Source: the human T2T-CHM13v2.0 reference genome, Homo sapiens. From it: a stretch of 64,000 bases of DNA. The first letter of the stretch is position 1. Each line of letters begins with the position of its first letter. The notes beneath the pieces are model-generated. The model was not told the origin of the DNA and did not search any database. It saw nothing but the letters and a program-made list of their open reading frames with translations. The DNA lies in the NCBI RefSeq assembly GCF_009914755.1, contig NC_060934.1; one strand, 5' to 3'. The position numbers and the translations under genes are program-made. Positions 42,451-59,766 of the stretch are shown one piece after another.

Positions 42451-43247
42451 GAGTGTTCTCTGAAAATCACATCCCATGAAAAGAATCTCAAAAAAAGAAG
42501 TGAGGGATAGGATCATGTAACTCTGGGAAAGCATGACTGTATTAACTACCTACACCTTAGAAAGTCACAGTGCAGTTTAGCTAATAAAAATTCCAAAAAC
42601 TTCTGCTATGAACCATACCTACTTAAATTTAGGAGAATATGGCTTCAACAAACTTATTGAAAGCTGAAACTATTTTTAATAACATTCATTAATGTGTAAA
42701 TCATTTACATAGATTAGAAAATAATTGGGAAAATCAGATATGTACGAATAATCCAAATTTAAAGCTTCAAATCAAATAACATATCTGTGTACTTGAAAAA
42801 CAATTTGATTTACATGGGAGAAACCACATGCTGAAGGAAAGGAGAAAGTTACTTGGTTTTTCTATCCCATTCCCTGAGAGAATCAACTTCCCTTCTCCCT
42901 CTCCACTGTAAGTGAGCTCTATCACCTATAAAATGGATGCTAAAGTGAATACTGAAAAAAAAAGAATCTCTCCCTACACCTGTCTATATATGCTTCTCCT
43001 ATGGTAATTAAACATGAGTGTTGATTTTCAAATTCCTATTTTCTATCTCACTGACCTTAAGATCCTGTTTCTAAAAGCTAGCAGGAAGGGGCTGACTAAT
43101 AAGGGTTTTTGAAAATTGCAATAAATATTTTGAAAATTAAGTCATTTTGTGTAGGGAAAAAAAATAATGTTTACCAAATACATTCCTCCAATGTATACCC
43201 TCTGTCAGTATATTAAATGAAATAGAAATTTGCTGTTTCCTTTTCTA

Positions 43248-43251
43248 TACA

Positions 43252-43287
<36 letters not shown>
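43248..43287 (+). repeat. (CA)n microsatellite
   Basis: Seen directly. Confidence 0.95.
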
Positions 43288-43288
<1 letters not shown>

Positions 43289-44458
43289 CCTCCTCCTCCT
43301 CTCCCTAAATACAAATAGTAGAGATAGAATCTCATTAGCTGTGGGCTGTGGTTAAAAGCTTTCAATGATTGAGAAGCTCGGCATTTTGCTGGTTTGGGGT
43401 TAAAACCTGGAAAATAGACTTTGTCATTATTTTGGGCTGAGTGGTTTGTGTGAACATTGGCTTCCACTCTTTAAAGTCAGATTGAATCAGGTGTGAGTAG
43501 GCAATGGCACAAACTTCATGAGTGTAAAGAACTCAGAGATGCAAGAGCCATGAGACGCACACAAGCTTGCCTACTATGCTCCTCGATTCTGATGACACAA
43601 CACCTGGCTCTCATCACACTTGTTTGGCTCATAGTGTTTGAATGTTGACTGTTGTCTCAGTGAATGTGTTAAGACATAGGTGTATTTTCTTTCATGATCA
43701 AGAGAGAAATACAACCTCCACCTACCCAGAATGCTTCTCATTAAAAACCAGGTTAGACCTTGAAGTAAGCATGGCATTATTCTTTTTCATAAATACAGTT
43801 ATTTTAAGCCATACCCCATATCTGTCTCTCATATCACCATTATATATTCATCCAAGGTAAAACTCTTCTCTCCACTTGAATAAAGGCAAACATCTTTTAA
43901 CGTTATAGTTGGCAGCTACCTGATGTTAAAAATCAATTAAAATTATTTACCTGTGCCTAGTAAATTATTAGGTTAGGTCATCTTGGAAGCTAAATTTCTG
44001 CAGAGAAGAGTTGGGAGGGGGTGAAACTGGCTGGCACCATTCTTTGCACTGTGTTGTACTCAAGACGAGCAGAAGATTCTAACAGTAGCCACCCAGTGGT
44101 GGCTTTTCACTGGCCTGTGCAGAGGCTGTTTCCTTATCTAGTTCCTGGGGGAAGCTTAGTGCCAATGGAGGACGAAGAGCCTGAAAGAACAAATTTATGC
44201 TAAAAGCGTTTGGTAATTAATTTTGCTCATTATTTACACATAAAATTTGGATGCTTACACTGTCCCATGAACTGCACCAAATGCTAGGGATGAAGCTAAG
44301 AGCCAAACAGAGTAGATCACTGTTCTTATAAAGCTGCCATTCCAGTGGGAGAGACAGAAAATTGACACTGCCTGAACTAAATCTAAAGTCCAATGCAACC
44401 ACAATTGTCTGTTCCTGTCCCTCCATCTGCCTGTAGGAAAAGAAGGTATCTCCCTGGA

Positions 44459-44756
44459 TTTTTTTTTTGAGACAAGGTCTCACTCTGTTGGCAGGCTGGA
44501 GTGCGTGCGATCTCAGCTCCCTGCAACCTTCACCTTCACCTCCTGGGTTCAAGTGATTCTCCTGCCTCAGCCTCCCGAGTAGCTGGGACTACAGATGCTC
44601 ACCCCTACGCCCAGCTAATTTTTTTTTTTTGTATTTTTATTAGAGATGGGGTTTCACCACGTTGGCCAGGATGGTCTCCATCTCTTGACCTCGTGATCCG
44701 CCCTTCTCGGCCTCCCAAAGTGCTGGGATTACAGGCGTGAGCCACCACGACTGGCC
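44459..44756 (-). mobile_element. AluSc
   Basis: Sc diagnostics 'ggccaggatggtctccatctcttgacctcgtgatcc'. Confidence 0.85.
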
Positions 44757-46720
44757 AGTTTTTTTTTTTTTTTATGACCAAATAACGTTTTATGTTCTCC
44801 TCTTGGGTTTTCTCTCATTCTCATCCTCCCACCCATTTATTATTTTCACACACTTCACTCTTACATAGATTTAAAGACAGTAAAATTTAAAATAAAATTA
44901 ATAATAATTAGGGATATCTACCTAGGATTTCCAAACAATTTTGCTATTGAAAAATATATATATATGTTCTTTTAAAACACATAAATATATAATTAAACAC
45001 TGTAATTTATTAGCTAGTCTTCACAGAGGACTTAATATAGTCCAGATATTTTTCTAAGTGTTTTAGATACATTAATTTATTTTATCAGCACATTAGCCTT
45101 AAAGAAGGTAGAGTTATCATTCCCATTTTACAGAAAAAATATCTAAAGTTAGATGAAGCTATAATACTTGTTCAATACAACCATTTAATAAGTGATAGAG
45201 CCACACTATGATTCTGGCATTTTTGACCCTACCTTGCCTTTCAACATGACCATGTTATTAAAAAGAAATATCTATTACTCAAAGAAAAAGAAAGAAAAAC
45301 AGTCGAAGGATATAATTTCAGAGTACAGGTAGACCCTAAAGTTATTGATGTAAAGAATTCACTTGTTCTTACTTTTCTCAATTCACTGTAGCCTGGTAAA
45401 TGCTTTGTCAAAAGCTGTTGCTGGCTCACTACCCTACATTCAGAAGTCAGAGCACCCAGACATTAGCAACATGGAGGTTTTCAATTCCTGTCTCAGGCAA
45501 CAGCTCCCCACATTGTAGATCAAGAGCATAACTGTGTTAGTCTTCGTTGGAATAACACTCATAATCCATTTCGCACTTTTAAACACCTATAAAAATACCT
45601 GAATTTAATCCCCATTTACATTTTAATTTTAATAGCACATTGCAGGGAAGGGGGGGCTGAAACTACCACCCCCCAAAGCTTCATAAGAAGTCACAAATTT
45701 GGAAAATGACCCTCATATGAGAAAGGGTTCTTCACACAGTCCAAGGGCTTTAGGGGGCTGAGAGTCCTCTGAAATGAATCACAAAATGTTTCCAGTTTCT
45801 GCAATGGCCCCACCACCATCCAGGAAGAAGATTTATAGCATTGAAATGATTTTAATACTATATTCTATAAGAGCTTAAAAACCACAGCTCCTGGCTCCGT
45901 CGCTAAGTTACTAATTGGGACAAGTCATTTGTTCACTCTGTACACTCGGTTTTCCCAGATATCAAATTGGAATAACATGGTTCCTGCCTGACATTCTTTC
46001 AAAAGGATAAAAATTAAATGAAGGTTAATAATCATAAGCTGTTATTATTTCTCCATTCCCCATGTCCCCTCTGAGAGAGCTTGTGAAATTTAGCCTTCGG
46101 TTTGATGAGGGGACTTCTGGGTATACTTCATTTGCTCTATTTCCTTTAGAGACTTTATTTCAATATTTTACCTATACCCCCTCTGTAGATATTTTAGCAT
46201 TCTGTACTTACTGTTTTCTGAAAATTGTTACTTCTGTTTGCTCCCAAAAGCCAATAAAAATTTTAAATTGGGAATAAGCATAAATAGGATATATTCCACT
46301 TCCACCCAACAACATGTAGATGGGATTTGCCATGAACATGCAAATACTCAAATGACAAATAGTAACTTCCAAGAAGATTAAAATACCCTAATAAGCATTA
46401 TCTTAAATCAGAGCAGCATTTGTGTAGAAATGTGCAACACTGAGTGGCTGCGAATGATCTATCTTCTAATATTATTATTATTAATAATCTAGAAAAATAA
46501 ATTTGAAATGATGTGCTTTTATTCTTTTCTACCCCACTTTAAAAAGTAACTACAAAAAAATATCTTCTGGAACCCAGCAAACCCTGAGTATATTGTGTCA
46601 TTCTCATTCACTTCCAGCTTCAACTATGTGTCTATGAGAAACTGCACCTACACGAAGCACAATTTTTAAATAGTACTTCAAGAGTTTTTGAAAAGCACCA
46701 TTAAAATTGCATCATTTTCA

Positions 46721-47065
46721 TTGTGATGAAAACATTTTAAAACCTCTTTTCTAATTATTGTGATATATACAATACATTATTGTAAACTCCAGTTATTCTA
46801 CTATGCAATAGACCACCAGAACTTATTCCTCCTCTCTAACTGTAGCTTTGTACCAGTTGACCAGTCTCTCACCATACCCTCATCTCCATCCTCTGGTAAA
46901 CAAGCACTTTTCTACTCTCTACTTCTTTGAGAACAAAGAAATGAATGTTTAAGGTAATGGATATGCTAATTTCCCTGATTTGAGCATTACACAATTTATA
47001 CAAGTATCCAAACATCACATTGGTGCCTCATAAATACTTACAATTATTATGTCAATCATAAATAA
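46721..47065 (+). mobile_element. L1MA 3' end with a 5' inversion (twin priming)
   Basis: 46721 to about 46933 is antisense and about 46934-47065 is sense, and the two are contiguous in L1 coordinates. 17-bp TSD (14/17) at 46704-46720 and 47072-47088. Confidence 0.8.
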
Positions 47066-47191
47066 GTTTTTAAATTGCGTTATTTCCAGGGCAACTGAAG
47101 TTCAAGTAATGGTGTGTTTCAATGTTAAAGCTTACCCTTATAGAGCCTGATTTCATCCTCTCTATCTGTCCCCACAAGAATGACCAACAAT

Positions 47192-47381
47192 TAAGACTGT
47201 CATCTTCAGCAAATGAAAAGATGTGATGCCCATTTAAATTTCAATTTCAAATAAACAGCAAATGTTTTTGGTGTAAGTATGTACTATCTATTGCATGAAA
47301 CATGGTTATACTAAAAATTGCATGTAGTTTATATGAAATTCACATTTTCCTGCAAGCCTTTTTTTTTATCTGGCAACTTTA
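47192..47381 (+). mobile_element. MER53 palindromic hAT MITE
   Basis: 'cagcaaatgaaaagatgtgatgcccatttaaatttcaatttcaaataaac...ttttatctggcaacttta'. 8-bp TSD ccaacaat/ccaataat. Confidence 0.8.
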
Positions 47382-47944
47382 CCAATAATGTGTTAAACAT
47401 CAGGGATCTGTGTTGTAACATTTCACCATAAGTAGATAAAACTAAACCATTAAGGACAGAAACAAAACTATACTCAAATTCATGCACAATTAGGAGTATA
47501 TATAACATTAAAGGAAGATGTTTTCCTATTGACTTTTTGAACATTAAACAAAACTATGCTCTTACAGCAAAGCGGGAGAAGCCGCATTATGCATAAGCAT
47601 CTCATCTTCCAAAATCTGTTTGGAAAAGTCAGCTCTCTGTACCACACTTTCCGCAACTATTCAGCCATTAGTAATACTATTCATAACCTTGAACAGATTT
47701 AATAACACAAAATGAAAGAAGCCTAAACAAATTAAATGGATCTCTTCTTTCACTGTACAATAGATTTTAGTTTTGCCCCAAGGAGATCATATACTTCATT
47801 ATTATTAAAAATGTCAGCAATATTTTACCTGCGAAGAGCACAAATTTTTTCCCCTACTTTTCCATATTACTCCAAACCCCTTATTGCATACTTTATGAGT
47901 CACAGGAGGTCTTAAATGCTGCTTTTCAATGTTACAAACTCTGA

Positions 47945-48340
<396 letters not shown>

Positions 48341-49023
48341 AAAAAACATTCTTAGGATGATTTTTCTCTTTGTGTAACCCTCAGAAGTAGACATAAGAGG
48401 CCTTTATCAGGGAAGCAAGCCAAGTTCCTACTCCTATTAACTTCACGCTCTTTCCTTTCCCCTTGTGTGGCATAGCCTGCAAGCTACCTATCATCCTCTC
48501 TCCTTTATCTCTCACCCATCCCCCAATTCTGAGAAACTTATTAATCATTATAATATAGAGAAAAATTATGAGGTGTGAGCTGTGGTGAGTGTCTTGATGC
48601 TCCCTGCTTCCCCCTTTGCCTTGTCCACTGTGGTACTGGAGTGTTAATCAATTTTCCCTGTATCATCAGTGTATTAAAGCTGCGGGAAGAGAAAAAAAAA
48701 TGGTTCCTCTTGAATTTGGGAAGAATTGAGGGTCTGTTTTGAGAAAATAGACTAAAATAGTTGTGGGGAATAGTTGAATTTGGTAACTGGGGGGTTTGGG
48801 AATTATTTACAAAGCTAGATTTTGTGTAATACATTTTCAGAATGATTTGATAGGATGATTTTGATAATTACTGTGATAAAGTATTTCAAGTGTGATGCAA
48901 AGGACCCGGCACGTGGAAATTACACAGTAAATACTACGGATTATTAAGGGCCAGGTCTGTTCCTCTTGTATGTGAAGCATTATAAACCCTGCAAGGGGGG
49001 TGAGGGGTTGAGATACAAGTACC

Positions 49024-49175
49024 TTTTTTGTTTGTTTGTTTTTGTTTTGGAGACAGAGTTTTGCTCTTGTTGCCCAGGCTGGAGTGCAGTGGTGCGATCT
49101 CATTTACTGCAACCTCTGCCTCCCAGGTTCAAGCGATTCTCCTGCCTCAGCCTCCCAAGTAGCTGAGATTACAGG
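49024..49175 (-). mobile_element. AluS right-arm fragment, truncated at 'attacagg'
   Basis: Poly(T) tail and Sq/Sp-type right arm. It stops abruptly next to a long hairpin. Confidence 0.88.
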
Positions 49176-49178
49176 GAG

Positions 49179-49317
49179 ATGAGACTGGAAAAGGTGTTCT
49201 TCCCTGAAAATTTACTGTGGATGTTAAGGTCGCGTAGAGATGTAAGTTCTTTATGAGACCTTAACGTCAACAGTACAATAGTAAATTTCCAGGGAAGAGC
49301 ATCTTTTCCAGTCTCAT
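49179..49317. repeat. Long inverted repeat (62-bp arms, 7-nt loop)
   Basis: atgagactggaaaag...gtagaga / tctttat...cttttccagtctcat. 54/62 Watson-Crick pairs plus an 8-nt bulge in the right arm. Confidence 0.95.
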
Positions 49318-50479
49318 GGGGTCCATAATAATGTCAAAGAATAAAAAATGGTGGCCTGGATGACACTTTGTGCAGTAAAAGGGAATGTGAGTTTGAGGGG
49401 AATTTCACCACTTTCTGAATGGTGTATCTTGAGACAGCCTTGCTCAAAAGGGTGCTTCATCATAGGTGGAGCCAGTAATCTTGGCCTTTCCAGAACAATT
49501 TTGGGTTTGGTCTTCCATAAACCAAAGGAGATCCACAACCCAAGGGAAATAGAGGCATCACTATGTGTGTCAGGCTTGTTGACCTGCAGGGTCATGAGCA
49601 GTGAGAGCCACAACTCAATCCCTTGAGTTTCTGTATCTTCTCTTTCCCTCACCCTCAGGACCGCATCCCAGCAATGCCATAGCCAAAGAAAGTTCAGTCT
49701 CTCTGCTGAAGAAAAGCCACTGTATTTATGTAGATGCATCAGCCAGCTTCAGACCTTAATAAAAATGATATGAGATTATTTTTCTTTTTACACCCCACCC
49801 TCACTCATTCCCTGAACATCTTTGTTCCCCTGGAGCCACCTTCTAGGATTCTTGAATCTTTTCCCATCATGTTGCCTGGGATCTAGCACTGGAGAGCACC
49901 ACTGGGTCTCCTCCCTTCTCATCTCTGCACTTTGTTTTTCCTCTTCCCTAGTCACTATCTAACAATCATATGTCCTATTCCTTTTGACCCACAACCAAGA
50001 GAGTGTTGTCTCAAATTCTGAAATAGAAGGTGATTTTATGTAGCACATGTATATAATAACAAGAATTAAAGAGACTATTTATTGGATATGACATTTCTGT
50101 CTTATACAGTCCTAGTGCTTTATAATTCACTCAACAACTCCATGAGTTGATACTGATTTTATAATGATTTCATAGATAGTAAAAACTGAGGCTTGCAGGG
50201 ATCAAACAATATACCCAACATTAATAGTTAAGAAGGTAGTGGATGATTTAAACCTAGGGTTCTTGAGTCCAAAGCATGATCTGTTAGCTACTAAGCTAGC
50301 ACATCTTCATCCCAGGTGCCCTTTGAATTGCTTTGACATTTTAAAAGAAATTAACATGAGGCTATGACTCCCTTCCCTTAAGTTCAACCACTCAGAACAT
50401 CTGGATAAATTTGGGTTATGATTAGAGGTTAGCAAATCAACATGATTTCTTAAACTAAATGTAGTCCTAATTTAAGCAC

Positions 50480-52080
50480 ACTAACAGTATGGAGAAGTAA
50501 GACCCTAGAAAACTGACTCTCCCACATGTAACTATAAACTCTGGGCAAAATACAACAGCCAATTACCTGAGAGCTCTGAAGAATGAAAAACAGCAGGAAT
50601 ATTTTGGAGAGGAGTCAACACATGGAAGAAAAAGCAAAAAAGGCAAGGACTGAATGAGTTTCCCGTTTATGTGATTTTGCTATGAGGATATCTGTGGTTG
50701 TGAGATGGTATAGACGTACTAAACCTCCTGCTAAAGATCTTCTTTTTGACCAGAAGAAACAAAGTAAGCTGCCTTATGAAACTGAGGCCACTGGAAAAAG
50801 GGGTTTATCCTAGAAAAGAGAATATCAGGAAATATAAAACCCAAATACATTGTATAAACTCTGCTAAAATTGTTGACTGTCCATTAAGTTATTCTTGCAC
50901 AATGTAGACTAAAAGTAATCTGAACTAGAATCTAGAATCTAGGCTACTATCCACTACCCACTCTAACCAAAAGAGTTTTCAGTTTGCATTTAATTTAGCT
51001 AATTGTTTGCTGAAAACAAATATGAACAATATTTAAAGACATGTAACAGAATCCAGAGTCCCTAAAACATATTATTTACAGTATGCAATATATGATATAT
51101 AATTACTCAACATACAAAAAGCAGGAAAAATGGCACCTATTTTCAAGAGAAAAGATAATTTTTAAAAAGTCCAATCCTGAGATATTCCAGTGGTTGAGAT
51201 AAGCAGCAAGGACTTTAAAACAGCCATTAAAACTATGGTAAACATAGAAAAGTAAAATATTCTCATAATGAGTGAAAAACCAGGAAGTCTCCACATGGAA
51301 GTTAAATATATTAAAAAGGAAGAAATGTAATATAGAATTTATAAGTACAATATCTGAAACAAAAATCTATTTGAAGCACTTAGGAAAGGGTCCGTGAACT
51401 TGAAAATATATTAACACAAAATATCCAATCTGAAGCAAAGAAAGAAATATTTTAAAAATTAACAAAGACTCAGAGAAGTGTTAGACAATATCAAAAGTTG
51501 TTAACATACTTATTACCAGAATCACTGAAGGAGAGGAGAGTAAAAGTGGAGAGAAAGAATACATTAAGAGGTAACAGCTTAGAACTATCCATGTTTTATG
51601 AAGGGCATAAATTTACAGATTCAACAAGCTCAGAAAACTTCAAACAGGATAAATATGAAGAAAATTACATTTAGAAAAAGTACATCCAATATGTTGATAA
51701 CCAAAAAATGAAAAATTCTTGAAGACAGTTAGAAATAAAAGATAATATATAAGGAGAAAAGCAAATCAGAAACCATGGAAATCAGAAGATACTAGAAGCA
51801 CATCTTCAATGCACTGAAAAAGAAAATGTGAGAGATTGACGCAGAATTCCATATTCAGTTAAAATTGCCTTCAAAGAATGGAGGCAAAATATTCTCTTAG
51901 ATAAAAGAAATAAGGAAAAATTTTTTTCCAGTAGATCTGCACTTCAAGAAATGTTAAAGGAATCCTTCAAGCTAAAGAAAAATGATATTACAGTGGCACA
52001 AAGAGCTTCAGGAAAAAAATTAAGAATACTTAAAATTGTATCTATTTTAATATGAGATTTTCCTCTTAGTTTCTTTAAAT
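50480..52080 (+). mobile_element. Old L1M 5' region and ORF1 remnant
   Basis: A-rich ORF1-like sequence 'ttacagattcaacaagctcag...gaattccatattcagttaaaatt...caagaaatgttaaaggaatccttcaagct'. Confidence 0.65.
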
Positions 52081-52082
52081 AT

Positions 52083-55676
<3,594 letters not shown>

Positions 55677-56224
55677 CCCTCAACAGTGGTAGAATTTCAA
55701 GTGAGTTTTTAGACTCTTTCTTATATTTCTATGCATTTCTTTTCTATTTCTATATCTCTTATATTTCTATGCATTTTTACTCAAATTATTCTAGGCGTCA
55801 TAAGATAATCATATAAACATAAACAACAAACAGCCTGTTTTTCATAGTGAGAAAGAAAATGTACTAGTGGAGGAGAATAAACTTCAGGTGTTTGATTCTT
55901 AGATGCCCAGGTATGCTTCCATCCTCTCAAATCCCAAAAGAGATAACATTTTTCTGATAGGATAGTAATCTGCGAGGCTATTATTTACAATAGAAAAACA
56001 CTGAAACCAGTATTAGGTACTCTGAGCCTATTCTTTTACCTCAAGGAAGTACTTAGTTTTTTGTCCATTGTTTCTCAGAGGGGAGAGATAATCTGGACTC
56101 TTACAAATCTTTCAGAAATAAAATTCATCAAGTTAATGGGAGAGATAAGTTGCTGAATAAACATGTAAAAATAAGAAATAAAAACAAGAAATCTTTGACC
56201 ATTTAACAACAGTTTATGCAAATA

Positions 56225-57180
56225 CATTTTCTTCATTTTTCACTCATTATTTATTTATTCACTTAATAAACATATTTTATTACTGCCTCTATACCAGACA
56301 CCAAGGCTCCTTTCATCAGTAATCTCAGAGTCTTGTGGAAACATCAAGAAAATTCCGGATTACAAAATCGTTTGGTATAGAGCAACAAGTAAGATACAAA
56401 GGAAGAGTAGTTAACTTATTTGAAGGAGGAGAGTGAGAAAGAAAAGGAAAAGAGAATAGTTGTGGAGAAGCATTTCCAAAAGAAGGTGACATGTGACCTG
56501 TCTTGAAGTCTCAGTATGGATTTGCTGGATAAAGAAGTGACTTTCCAGGCAGAGGGGACAAGACATGCAAGGGCACAGAGTTTGGTGAAACATGCTTTGA
56601 GAAAGCATAAGTGGCTCAATATGGTGACAGCAGAAATGATACATGAGAGTGACACAGACAATATGAAGCCAGAAAGCACCTAGGGCTGGAGAATGATGAG
56701 TGTCGTATGCCCACCTAGGAGTTTAAGCTCTATCCTGTGAGCCTCAAAAATCACTCCTAGATGATTGTTACAAGGAAGACGCATAATTACATGTGAATTT
56801 TAGCAAAGATGTGGAAGATAGATTGGAAATGGGCAAGTCTGGAAGCAGAGAGACCAGCTAGCAAGCTGTTAATCCTCACTAGAGAAATAGAAGGTGGGAA
56901 CGTAGGCAGTAGGTGGAGGATAGAGTGTGTGATCACAGAGGGAGCATCACAAGAATCTAAGTGATATGACTTGATGAACAATCAGATGCAGGAGTTGAGA
57001 AAAGGAGTAGGACTGGAAAGAAAGCCTCTGGCACGGACGGCTAAGGAGAAAGTGTTGTCATTCTCTGAAATGACAAATACAGAAGAAGAAGCAATTTTCA
57101 GAGAGAAGAGGAGTTCCATGGGCCATGTTGAGCCAGGGGAGCCCTTCAGGAGCTTCCCTGGAGGTGAGCAGTGGCAGTGA
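56225..57180 (-). mobile_element. L2 3' region
   Basis: 'cattatttatttattcacttaataaacatattt...ataccagacac' L2 terminus followed by a purine-rich L2 body. Confidence 0.7.
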
Positions 57181-57701
57181 GAAATGCCACGTAGTTTTCA
57201 CTTAGAACCCAAACCAGCCATTGCTCCCTGAAAAGCAATGCCATATTCAAAGCAGGTCAAATCAGGAATGAGGAATAAGAGGTGTCTTCCAGGTAAAGTG
57301 AAATGAGAAAGGGTCATAGAAAGACAAATTAGGAGGAGAAGAATGGGGCGGGGGTAATGGGTGACAAATGAAGCAATTACCTTTTCACTAGCCTCTGTCT
57401 GAACCATCAGATGTGAAATTTTCAAAGAGTTATTTGTAAGTGCTCTGTTCTTTGGAGGCAGAATGAGTTATTAATCTTTTCTGACTGGAATCTGATTTTT
57501 TCTAGAATTCTTCATTTCAGACTAACAGGATTTTACAAAAGAGTGTAATGAGTCTGGGGTGACTGTTTTAATGCTATGTAGGTCATTCCTTTAGTAACTG
57601 AAGTCCCACTCCTGCCCCTCCATCTCTACCTGTTTCCCAGAGCAGAGTCTAGGTTTTAGGCCCCTGCAAATGTCCATAAAGGCTTCCTGGGCAAACAATG
57701 T

Positions 57702-58101
57702 TGTTAAGGACTGAATGTCTGTGTCCCTGCAACATTAATATGTTGGAGCCCTAATTCTGACTGTGATGGTTATTTGGAGATAGGGCTTTTGGGATATGAT
57801 CAGGATTAGATGAAATTATAAACATGGGCCCTCCGGATGGAATTAGTGCCCTTATAAGAAGAGACACCAGAGGGTTTTCTCTTTCTCTCTCCCAACACTC
57901 TCACAAAGAAAAGTTCATGGCATCTCACAGAGAGATAGCAGTTGCCTACAAGCTGAGCAGAGAGGCCTTAGAATGAAACCTTCTTTGCTGGTACCTTGAT
58001 CTTGGACTTCCCAGTCTCTAGAATTGTGATAAATAAATTCCTGTTGTTTATGCCTCCCAGTTTGTGGGATTCTGCTATGGCAGTCTAACCAGATTAAGAC
58101 A
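57702..58101 (+). mobile_element. MLT1A-type MaLR solo LTR
   Basis: 'ggactgaatgtctgtgtccc...attagtgcccttataagaagagac...gatcttggacttcccagtctctagaattgtga...attaagaca'. Confidence 0.8.
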
Positions 58102-58591
58102 AGTGGGCACCACAAACACCAGGAATGCCACACAGAGGATTTATGTCTCAATCAGAAGCATGTCTGTGATCAACCCCAATATAAAACCCCAACACAAAAT
58201 TCAGGTGACTTAATCAAATGTCAACCCCAATATAAAAATTCAGGTGCCTTAATCAAATGTCTCTATACTTTCTTCCCTCCTGCCTTTAATTTTTTCCTGG
58301 GTTAAGTATTGGTAGGAAAGCCAGATGACAGGCCAGAGGACAAATATACTTTCAGGAAAAAAACAGGCCCTCAGGAGAAATCAGCTGTTCTTAAGGCCAA
58401 AGAAAATGATGGAAAAAAGCCGCATCATACAAAATGTTGGGCAGAACAGAAAAGAGTTTAATCGCCAGTCCTTAGCCACAGCTGGGAGCTATCAAACACC
58501 TTGTAGACTTTCCAAAAAGACTGTAGGGCATCCATAGCACCTAGGTACGTATGTCACCACCAAATAGTGTGTGACAAAATTTCAAGCTTAA

Positions 58592-59007
58592 AAAATGTGG
58601 CACGTATACACCATGAACTATGCAGCCATAAAAAAGAATGAGTTCATGTCCTCTGCAGGGACATGGATGAAGCTGGAAACCATCATTCTCAGCAAACTAA
58701 CACAGGAACAGAAAACCAAACACCACATGTTCTCACTCATAAGTGGGAGTTGAACAATGAGAACACATGAACATAGAGAAGGAAACAACACACACTAGGG
58801 CTTGTCAGGGCATAGAGGGCAAAAGGGAGAGAGAGCATTAGGACAAATACCTAATCCATGCAGGGCTTAACACCTAGATGATGGGTTGATTGGTACAGAA
58901 AACCACCATGTCATATGTATACCTATGTAAAAAACCTGCACATTCTGCACATGTATCCCAGAACTTAAAGTAAAATAAAAATAACAAAAGTAAAAAATTT
59001 AAAAAAA
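58592..59007 (+). mobile_element. L1PA (about PA8-PA11) 3' end, 5'-truncated
   Basis: L1PA 3' UTR with A-rich tail. TSD tcaagcttaa at 58582 and 59008. Confidence 0.88.
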
Positions 59008-59654
59008 TCAAGCTTAAGGTAGAAGATTTTTCTGACATAAACAAACTCCCATTTGTGAGATCTACGTTTGTCCTGTTGACTGCCTACCCTGTCAAGGTGA
59101 TGAACACTGAGCTATGCAGTGGGCTGTGAAATGACTGAAAGGGGTAACAAATATAAAGATATAACTCATGGAACCACAAAACGTATTTATTTTTCTTTTA
59201 ATACTTTATTTTATAAAGGATTGTCATCTTTATCACACACACTCTGGGCTGCAGTTTGATTTTAGCCTTCTTCCAACCAGTGAAAGAGGGACACATAGTG
59301 GGTGACATAAGCCACCAGGTGTGGACCATGGTTTCTCCTCTCATTGCATTTAAATGCAAACAGCTGTGTTGTGGTCAGCAGTCAAGTGAAAAGAATGCCT
59401 TCAAGATATCTTGATGACACATACCAGTGTAGAATCATAAGGAAAGACAGGTGTGGGAGTACACAGCAATGAGCTCACCAAAGTAATATGAAAATAAGAT
59501 GTTTGAAGCTATTGAGTCTGAATAATCACAAGTGTCTATCAAGAATGCAAGCGTTTATGCAATGTTAGCTATAAACCAGGGCCCTAAAACAGCATCTCTG
59601 ACTACAGAAAAGGGTAGCCACACGACAATATGGAAAGAATATGTGAACACCCAC

Positions 59655-59766
59655 CTGCAAAGTCACACACTTCCATATCTCAACAGCATCATCCTCAAAC
59701 ACAAAGACTGGTACCAAACGTCTCATGAATGTGTGTCACAGCAAGAATCCCATGACTTGCTCAAGT
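59655..59766 (-). ncRNA. Candidate non-coding exon (112 nt)
   Basis: Acceptor gcttttagttttctctactccag|A and donor CAG|gtgggt. Stops in all three frames. Confidence 0.35.
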
